This document shows, piece after piece, positions 53,333-64,000 of a stretch of 64,000 nt of DNA. Origin of the DNA: Macrostomum lignano (taxonomy: Eukaryota); NCBI GenBank assembly GCA_002269645.1, contig NIVC01000976.1, forward strand, positions 124,001-188,000. Reading direction: 5' to 3'. The first letter of the stretch is position 1. Each line of letters opens with the position of its first letter. The notes under the pieces are model-generated. The model did not search any database and had not been told where the DNA came from. It worked only from the letters and a program-made list of their open reading frames with translations. Made by a program: the position numbers and the translations under genes.

Positions 53333-56300
53333 GTGGTGCACGCAGCCGCCGATTGGTCCGAGCTGCCGCCGGTGGCCGCTCGCCGCTGCTACCTGTGGCC
53401 AGACACCAGCCATCAGCTGAGCAGGCCGCTGGCACCTGGCGACTCTGTTGAAGTGCTTCAGAAGTCGGGGCCGAAGGAAGGACCGGACCTGGCCGACGGC
53501 ACCTCCGGCAGCGTCTGGCAGCCAGCCAGGGTTCTCGGCGTGAAGGGCGAATTCGTTATCTGCGCTTTGGATGGCGATGCGCAACAGTTGGTAGGCGAAT
53601 GCGCACTGCAGGGATTTCAGCTAAGGGATTTAACTCCCCGATCTTAGCTGTTTACGTGAGGGCTTAACGTCATAGGCTTATGTGGTTGTAATCTAGTCGT
53701 AATCTTAAGGGTGGGATTAATGAAGTCGTACATGTAATCTCAAGGGTGAATTAAATGAAGTCGCAATCTCAAGGGTGAGATTAATGGGGTTGCTGTCTCA
53801 AGGGTGAGATTAATCTAGTCGTAATCTCAAATATGAGATTAATGGAGTGGCAATCTCAAGGGTGAGATTAATGGAGTTGCAATCTCAGGGGTGAGATTAA
53901 TGGAGTCGCAATCTCAACTCTCAAGGGTGAGATTAATGAAGTCGTAATCTTTGGTGAGATATTTGTGTGACATTCGTTTCAGGGAGACAATTTATTTCAG
54001 GTTAATTGTAACAACAGTCTCATGGGTGAGATTTAGGAGTCATAAATAACCTCAATGAAGATCAAATCTCGCACTCTCAGATTGTCGACCGCTCGGAGGT
54101 CCGCCCTGCCGGCGACCACCGGCCTCTGGCATCGCTGCGCCTTCACCAGTGCGCGCTGGCGCTGCCCCGGCTCGACCCGCCTGCCCCGGAGGCGGCAAAT
54201 CGACGCCCGACGGTGGCGGAGGTCCTCGACGCCCTGCACGGCTGCCGGCTGTCCGACGAGCCCTGTCTGGTGCTGTGGCCAGGCGGCGAGGACGCCGTTG
54301 CCTTGGCAACGCCTAGCGAATCGGACGCGGCCAAGCTGGCTTTGCTGAGCGGCCTCATCGCTCGGCGACTGCGTTGGAAAGCGGCGGTGCAGTGCGTGAG
54401 TGCGCGGCGGCTTTCTGGTGGTGGGTGCGGCCCCATTCCGAATCTTAGATGGCCTTGTTTGCCTAACAGCTTTGATACATCATTGATACAATGATGCTTC
54501 ATTCTCCTCTACATCTCAAATCCCCAACAACAGATGCTAAATCTCCAACGCCGATCCCGAATCACATTCACTGTCCACTGATCCTGAATCACATTCACTG
54601 ATCCTGAATCACATTCACTGATCCTGAATCACATTCACTGATCCTGAATCACATTCACTGATCCTGAATCACATTCACTGATCCTGAATCACATTCACTG
54701 ATCCTGAATCACATTCACTGATCCTGAATCACATTCACTGATCCTGAATCACATTCACAGATCCTGAATCCCATTTCCAGATCGCTAATCCCCATCGCAG
54801 ATCCTGAATCTCTTAGCTCAGATCCCAATTCCATATCACAAGTCCTGAGTTACAGAATCAACCTTTAGGTATCCCCTACAGAGGTCCCCAAATCACAACC
54901 CAGCTCCCAAATCTTTGAAAGGATTTGGACGAAAAGGCCCGCCTTTTGTCCGAGTTGGAGTCGGCCAGGGCGGCCTCGGAGGCGGCCGCGGCAGCCCGCC
55001 GCCCCCGCCTGCTGCTGGAATTTCCAGTGCCGGCGCACCTGGTCGGCAAGGCCCTTGGCTCCGGCGGAAAAACCGTAGCCGCTGCGCGCAGCCTCCCCGG
55101 CCTGACCTTCATCCGTTACGACAACGAGGCCGGCGTCTTCCGCGTGTTCGGCACGTCGCCGGAGTCGGCGCTGGAGGCCCGGCGCATGCTGGAGCTGACG
55201 GAGGAGCTCATGCGGATTCCCACCCGCCTGGTGGGACGCGTTCTGGGCAAGGGCAGTCTGGTGGCGCAGTCGGTGGTGGACAAGGCCGGCCTGCACAACC
55301 TGATTCTTGGCGAGGAGCGCCAGCCGGTGACCGCCGCAGCTTTGCAAAATGGCGCCGACTCGGCTGGCCAAAACGGCGACCATCTGACTGACGAAGACGG
55401 CAGCGAGGCTGGCAAAGCCAGTGAATCTGCTGAGCAGCAGGTGAGCGACTCTCTCAGTTATGAGCGACTCTCTCAGTTATGAGCGGTTCTCTCAGCTATG
55501 AGCGATTCTCTCAGCTATGAGCGATTCTCTCAGTGTATCTGCTCCGACCCTCCAGGCCGGCTGCCCCAGCACATCAATCCGGCTGATCGGCACCCGCGAG
55601 GCGGTGGACAGCGCCAAGTACATGCTGGATTACCAGCTGGCCATCGCCCGGGAGCTGGACCAGCTGGAGCGCGAGAAGCTGCAAGTGCAGGCCTCGCTCC
55701 TCACCCCGGACTCCAGCGGCAAGGCGCCCTCGCCAAAGAGGAAAGTCGAGGAGAAGCCGGTTGAACAGCCGGCTGCCTCGCAGGCAGCGGCCGCCGATGC
55801 CCTCGCGGAGAGAGGCAGCGACAGCGGCTCCGCTCCGGTCTCGAAGACTTCGTCGGTCAACGGCGGTGGCGGAGGTCGCGGTGCTGGCGGCAGCCCCAGA
55901 GGCGGTCGAGGCCGCGATGGCCGGGCTGGTGGCTGGGCCTATGCTAATTATACTGATTATGCTAATTATGATCATTATAACGGCGATCGGGAAGGTGACT
56001 ACAACTTTGTGTTCGACTACCGCTACCACTATCAGCAGTACTGCCACTTTAGCAACAGCTACGGCAGCCATAATAATAATAATAATAGCTATTATAATCC
56101 TAATTATTATTCTGGTAACCACCCAGCCGGTCAGCGGTTCAGAGACAAGCGCCCCTTCAAATCTGCCGCCGGCGCTGGCGGACAGGCGAATGTCCGGCAC
56201 CGCAAGGCCGACCGTGAGTGCTTGGAAGAGAGTAGACTGCCAGGTTGGGGAGTAGATTTGGGAGACTAGAATGCCAGGTTGGGGAGTAGATCAGGGAGAC

Positions 56301-56645
56301 TAGATTGCCAGGTTGGGGAGTAGATTGAGGAGACTAGACTGCCAGGTTGGGGAGTAGATTGGGGAGACTAGATTGCCAGGTTGGGGAGTAGATCAGGGAG
56401 ACTAGATTGCCAGGTTGGGGAGTAGATTGAGGAGACTAGATTGCCAGGTTGGGGAGTAGATTGAGGAGACTAGACTGCCAGGTTGGGGAGTAGATTGGGG
56501 AGACTAGACTAGGATAGCAAAGTAATGCACAATGGTTCACCTGCCTCTCATTTCAGACAACCCGAGCGACTCCAGTAACGGTGGCGACTCCCGCAGAAGT
56601 CAATTTGACAATCAGCAGCAGCAGCAGAGCCAGGGGCTGGAGTAG
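53333..56645 (+). CDS. FMR1: Divergent FMR1/FXR-family RNA-binding protein; exons 53333-53590, 54081-54395, 54922-55440, 55556-56213, 56557-56645 (first exon not found)
   Basis: Agenet (GDSVEV...WQPARVLGVKGEF), KH0-like, KH1 (LVGKALGSGG), KH2 (RIPTRLVGRVLGKG...VVDKAG), LIGTREAVDSAKYMLDYQL...LDQLEREKLQ, RGG-rich region; splice phases consistent. Symbol denotes the family, not proven orthology. Confidence 0.85.
53700..53990. repeat. ~30-bp intronic minisatellite (AATCTCAAGGGTGAGATTAATGGAG..)
   Basis: Tandem array seen directly. Confidence 0.8.
54570..54800. repeat. 20-bp intronic repeat (GATCCTGAATCACATTCACT)n
   Basis: Tandem array seen directly. Confidence 0.9.
56235..56505. repeat. 34-bp intronic repeat (GACTAGATTGCCAGGTTGGGGAGTAGATTGAGGA)n
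   Basis: Tandem array seen directly. Confidence 0.9.
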
Positions 56646-56894
56646 ACAAACTGATTTTCTATGGCTGTAGCTGCTGCTGCTTCTGTCTTCCCTCGTAGAG
56701 CGAGTGCTTTAACCTTTTAATTTATAGATTTATATCGCTGACTTGACTATCGAACCAGTTTTATCCTGAGTTTTATGTTGTCTGGTAACCCGCTGTTCTT
56801 TATAGAAGTCTTAGTTAAATGGGTTTTAATCACCGATTTTAACTGACACAGTGTGGGCGGCTGGTGCATTTTTGATTCCCGCTTTCACTCTGTC

Positions 56895-58665
<1,771 letters not shown>

Positions 58666-59384
58666 GTTTTCCTCTTCATCCCAGACCAGCAGCTCACCCA
58701 GTCAGCTCATCATCGCTGTCCCCTTGCCCCCTCATCAGCGGTATTCGCTTTAAAGCTGAAATGAAAGCTGGTCTCCCTCTTGTCGCTTGCTTGATGCAGC
58801 TGGCCAGAGAGTCTCCCGTCCCCAGCTGCCCCATCAGCCTCTGCCGTGCTGCCAGCAGCGGCGCCCATGTCGTTAATTTTTGTTTGTTGCGAGTTTTCAC
58901 TTTCGCTCGCCTCCAAGTTTGCCAGCAGCTCCCGACTCGCGCCCGACAGCCAGGCGGAAAATTTATTTTATACTTGACTTACTCTGACACCGTCTACCAG
59001 CTCGCCCTTCGTTCTTTCTGCGATTTGTGAAACTGTAATAAATCATAAATTCTCTAGCCGGTTCCGGTTTATTGGCAACTCGGAGTTTTAACGACCAAGC
59101 GCCTGCGACTCTGTGTGCTCCGAAGATTCTCATCGAACTTTCAGTGAACTGGCCTGAACTGCTCATCATTTAATATAAAAATAGATTGCTTCAAAAGCCA
59201 AATGCGACCTGCCATTTTGCCGCTACCGTTTCTTTGTCAAGCGGGGTTGCCTAAATTTGCCATTGGTGTAAAGTTTTTAGCCTTTGCGTTGCGCATTTTC
59301 TATATTGGGTCGTCTTTTCTTGTCGTTCTTACTAGTTTTTTGTCTGACCGCTTCTTTGTCGATGCCACTTTATCCTACCGCATC

Positions 59385-60145
59385 TTGTCTCTCGAAACCG
59401 CCCTTTGTCCGCCCTCGTCTCTCTCGAAACCGCCCTTTATCCGCCCCTCATCTCTCTCGAAACCGCCCTTTATCCGCCCCTTCGTCTCTCTCGAAACCGC
59501 CCTTTATCCGCCCCTCGTCTCTCTCGAAACCGCCGTTTATCCGCCCCTCGTCTCTCTCGAAACCGCCCTTTATCCGCCCCTCGTCTCTCTCGAAACCGCC
59601 CTTATCCGCCCCTCGTCTCTCTCGAAACCGCCCTTTATCCGCCCCTCGTCCCTCTCGAAACCGCCCTTATCCGCCCCTCGTCTCTCTCGAAACCGCCCTT
59701 TATCCGCCCCTCGTCTCTCTCGAAACCGCCGTTTATCCGCCCCTCGTCTCTCTCGAAACCGCCGTTTATCCGCCCCTCGTCTCTCTCGAAACCGCCGTTT
59801 GTCCGCCCCTCGTCTCTCTTGAAACCGCCGTTTGTCCGCCCCTCGTCTCTCTCGAAACCGCCGTTTGTCCGCCCCTCGTCTCTCTCGAAACCGCCCTTTG
59901 TCCGCCCCTCGTCTCTCTCGAAACCGCCCTTTATCCGCCCCTCGTCTCTCTTGAAACCGCCGTTTATCCGCCCCTCGTCTCTCTCAAAACCGCCCTTTAT
60001 CCGCCCCTCGTCTCTCTTGAAACCGCCGTTTATCCGCCCCTCGTCTCTCTCGAAACCACCCTTTATCCGCCCCTCGTCTCTCTCGAAACCGCCCTTATCC
60101 GCCCCTCGTCTCTCTCGAAACCGCCGTTTGTCCGCCCCACGTCTC
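59385..60145. repeat. 33-bp satellite (CTCGTCTCTCTCGAAACCGCCCTTTATCCGCCC)n
   Basis: Tandem array seen directly. Confidence 0.95.
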
Positions 60146-60622
60146 TCAGGCTGCCCAATTTTTATACTCGCTTAAAATTTTTCCTCCTCGCTTTTCAAGA
60201 TCTGTCGCTTCATTTGCCTCTCGTTTCTTGAAACCGCATTTTATCCGCATTTCCTCTTTTAAAAAGCGCCTCTCAGCGGACTGGCCAAAAGAAGACCTTC
60301 TCAGATTGTTGACGCCAAGACCGCTTGTGATGATCTTGTCAGATTTACGTACTCGCGGCCTCGCTAACGAGACAGATGCGTGTCGCGGAGGGGGCTGGGG
60401 CTGCTGCCGCCGCTCGCAGATTTTTTCGCAGCAGATTGCAAATCAAGCCTGCCATGCCTGCCAGCCAGAGAGCCTGGGGGGGGGGGTTCCGCATAGCAAC
60501 AGGCGATAGGCGGTGTCTGGCATTGCATCAGAGCAGCGACTCCCGCCCAGTTGAAATTCCGAGCGATCGAGCCGGTCCGTTTCTTAATAAAAACAAAGCA
60601 GATTGGCTGCGACAGCCCGCCC

Positions 60623-60939
60623 ATGTCAGAGCTGGAGCATTTAACGAGCCCAGGCAGCACTGAAGAATCAGACATGCACGTCAGCGATTACACCGTGGTG
60701 ATGTTCGGTGCCACCGGCGTTGGCAAAACCTGCCTGGTGCAGCGCTTCATCACCGGCGGCTTCCGGGAGCGGCACTTGGCCACCGTGGAGGACCTGTACT
60801 GCCGCCTGAGCACCAGCCATGGGCAGCTGTGCACCCTGCATGTTGTCGACACTGCCGGCGGGCTGCAGTACCCCGCCATGTGCCGACTGGCTATGGAGAA
60901 GGCCAACGCCTTCATGCTGGTGTACTCGGTGGACAATGA
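60623..60939 (+). CDS. Exon 1 of a DIRAS/RASD-like small GTPase
   Basis: DYTVVMFGATGVGKT (G1), ATVED (G2), VVDTAGG (G3), YPAM...AFMLVYSVD, then a GTGAGT donor; the remaining exons were not located. Confidence 0.85.
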
Positions 60940-60964
60940 GTGAGTTTTGCACCGACGGCTCTTG

Positions 60965-61425
60965 AGTGTCTGGAACTGGGGTCTAGAGTGTCTGGAACTG
61001 GGGTTTAGAGGGTCTGGAACTGAATTCTAGACTGTCTGGAACTGGGATCTAGAATGTCTGGAACTGGGGTCTTGACTGTCTGGAACTGGGGTCTAGAGTG
61101 TCTGGAACTGGGGTCTTGACTGTCTGGAACTGGGGTCTAGAGTGTCTGGAACTGGGGTCTAGAGTGTCTGGAACTGGGGTCTTGACTGTTTGGAACTGGG
61201 GTTTAGAGGGTCTGGAACTGGGGACTAGAGTGTCTGGAACTGGGGTCTAGAGTGTCTGGAACTGGGGTCTAGACTGTCTGGAACTGGGGTCTAGAGTGTC
61301 TGGAACTGGGGTCTAGAGTGTCTGGAACTGGGGTTTAGAGGGTCTGGAACTGGGGTCTTGACTGCCTGGAACTGGGGACTAGAGTGTCTGGAACTGGGGT
61401 CTAGAGTGTCTGGAACTGGGGTCTG
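60965..61425. repeat. 22-bp intronic satellite (GTCTGGAACTGGGGTCTAGAGT)n
   Basis: Tandem array seen directly. Confidence 0.95.
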
Positions 61426-61699
61426 TCTGTCTGCTGTTCATCTATCTGTCTGCTGTTCATCTGTCTGTCTGCTGTTCCATGGTGCATTTTTGCGGATTAA
61501 ATTTTGAATTGCCATATATGGTATTATATTCTACCAGTGTCGCACGCAGGAAGGCAAACCTCCCCATAGCGTCTCAATGAACAAAACCAGGGCCTAACAA
61601 GCTTGAAGAATGATATAAACTCCATTTTGAGCCAACTTTAAGAAGGGCATTCACATACCCACCAAAAGAGAGTTGTACCAACCAAACTACATACATGTA

Positions 61700-62620
61700 C
61701 ACCCACCTAGAGACATGTGCACCCACCAGGAGACAGTGGCACCCACCAAGAGACATGTGCACCCACCAGGAGACAGTGGCACCCACCAAGAGACATGTGC
61801 ACCCACCAGGAGACAGTGGCACCCACCAAGAGACATGTGCACCCACCAGGAGACAGTGGCACCCACCAAGAGACATGTGCACCCACCAGGAAACAGTGGC
61901 ACCCACCAAGAGACATGTGCACCCACCAGGAGACAGTGGCACCCACCAAGAGACATGTGCACTCACCAGGAGACAGTGGCACCCACCAAGAGACATGTGC
62001 ACTCACCAGGAGACAGTGGCACCCACCAAGAGACATGTGCACTCACCAGGAGACAGTGGCACCCACCAAGAGACATGTGCACTCACCAGGAGACAGTGGC
62101 ACCCACCAAGAGACATGTGCACTCACCAGGAGACAGTGGCACCCACCAAGAGACATGTGCACTCACCAGGAGACAGTGGCACCCACCAAGAGACATGTGC
62201 ACCCACCAGGAGACAGTGGCACCCACCAAGAGACATGTGCACTCACCAGGAGACAGTGGCACCCACCAAGAGACATGTGCACCCACCAGGAGACAGTGGC
62301 ACCCACCAAGAGACATGTGCACCCACCAGGAGACAGTGGCACCCACCAAGAGACATGTGCACCCACCAGGAAACAGTGGCACCCACCAAGAGACATGTGC
62401 ACCCACCAGGAGACAGTGGCACCCACCAAGAGACATGTGCACTCACCAGGAGACAGTGGCACCCACCAAGAGACATGTGCATACACCAAGAGACATGTGT
62501 ACCCACCAAGAGATATGTGCACCCACCAAGAGACATGTGCACTCACCAAGAGACATGTGCATACACCAAGAGACATGTGCATACACCAAGAGACATGTGC
62601 ACCCACCAGGAGACACGTGC
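61700..62620. repeat. 40-bp (2 x 20) satellite
   Basis: GCACCCACCAGGAGACAGTG alternating with GCACCCACCAAGAGACATGT. Confidence 0.95.
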
Positions 62621-63860
62621 ACCATGTCCACCAAAACCCCTCATCGTAGCAGTTTAAATGTCAAATTTTAATGTTTATTGTCTTAAACTGATGCATGCGT
62701 GCTGCTCGAATTCGCGTCAGTTGATTTTGTCGAATAAATTTGTGTGAAAAGCCGGACTTCAGATGGACTGCTTGAATACTTTCTATGACATTCTGAATTC
62801 TTTATTGTTAGAATTGCCAGAGTATATTGCCAGAGTAACGAGAGACTTTTCATTCATTTTATGCGAGCAAGTTGTCTGTCTCGCGAATTCAGCCAATGCT
62901 GAAGCACTGCACGCATTGTGTTGTTCTCTGTCCAGCTGCGCTCCCTCAGTGCTTGAGAATCTGCCTCTCCGCTCCCTCAGTGCTTGCGAATCTGCCTCTC
63001 CGCTCCCTCAGTGCTTGAGAATCTGCCTCTCCGCTCCCTCAGTGCTTGAGAATCTGCCTCTCCGCTCCCTCAGTGCAGGGCAGTTACAAATCAATAGAAC
63101 TACGAGTATATAGATGATTTTCTTTCAGAAGCAGATGCAATAAATTAAATTAATAATGCCAGATTACAAGATTACAAAGGTAACAGTTGATTCAAAGTCA
63201 AACGAGCTGTCAGAACAAGCAAGCATTTGTGATTTGCAGAGAAACCATATTTAGTAAACGGGAAAAATTAAAAGTTTGATTTCTGTGCTGATTGAACTCG
63301 AAATATTGCAAGCCTGGGTTTCATTTTAGCTGATGAAGCGTAGTATTTTCAAGTCAACCAATAATTAAAAATATTGAGGCCTTTGATATGGGTTGGCCAG
63401 CTAAGAGCTCATAAAACCATTTGCGAATGGCCGACAGCTATCAAAGCAGCTAGCTTCTAGAGTGCAGATAGCGTGAAAGAACATCGTGTACTTGAATAGG
63501 CAATGGTATGGCTTGACTTTACTGACAGAAAAAGCAATATTGACGCAAAGATTTCAGAGCTGCGAAGCCAAAAAGCCAGCAGTAAAGTTTATCTGACAGC
63601 AAATATGTCATGCCAATTATAATATTTCAATATTTCTGCCAGAGGATAACATGAAAATATTTTAACTGCTCAAATTTTATTTATACAGGGGCCTATACTA
63701 TAAGGCTTAACGGTGAGTAGTTAAGTAGTGATTAGAATGAAAGTTTTGATGTTGCTAGCTAAACCCAAAGCCATCTATATTGTGGAATTTGAGCAGTTAA
63801 AACACATTGAGCAGTCTTATAATCTACAGGAAAGGCGTGCGTCAATCTGGATTGATCGGC

Positions 63861-64000
63861 TCAGCACTCAGGTGCGTGGATGATGCCGATCCGAGCCTTC
63901 TTGTACAGGTAGTAGGTCCGCGCCAGGTCGTGATCTGCTACGAACGCCGACAAAGGCGCCAAGATGGCGCTGGCGCCCTGCTCGGCCGCGATGCTCAGCA
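63861..64000 (-). CDS. Possible terminal exon of a gene entering from beyond the window
   Basis: GC-rich open frame LSIAAEQGASAILAPLSAFVADHDLARTYYLYKKARIGIIHAPEC*; product not recognised. Confidence 0.3.
   Translation of the reverse strand, partial: LSIAAEQGASAILAPLSAFVADHDLARTYYLYKKARIGIIHAPEC

Overview
Repeat-rich animal genomic DNA: spliced GC-rich exons with GT-AG introns, many satellites and nested transposons. The architecture suggests an invertebrate, but the host cannot be identified from sequence alone. The main feature is a completely bounded 10,568-bp integrated Polinton/adintovirus-like virus (12034-22601). It has 638-bp near-identical terminal inverted repeats and a 6-bp target-site duplication (AGCATC). 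It encodes an rve integrase with chromodomain, major and minor capsid proteins, an adenain-like protease, a packaging ATPase and core-type proteins. It has no protein-primed DNA polymerase and no helicase. The left arm instead carries a Fic-domain gene and several ORFans. Host genes are a six-exon ceramide synthase (CERS1/LAG1-like), a divergent FMR1/FXR homologue, the first exon of a DIRAS-like GTPase and two paralogous orphan type-I membrane protein exons. Other mobile DNA: an RTE fragment with TSD, Tc1/IS630 relics, two mariners (one interrupted by a MULE-like MITE), nested hAT MITEs, a LOA/R1-type non-LTR retrotransposon with RNase H and a candidate LTR. All calls come from manual reading and motif recognition; no database searches were run.
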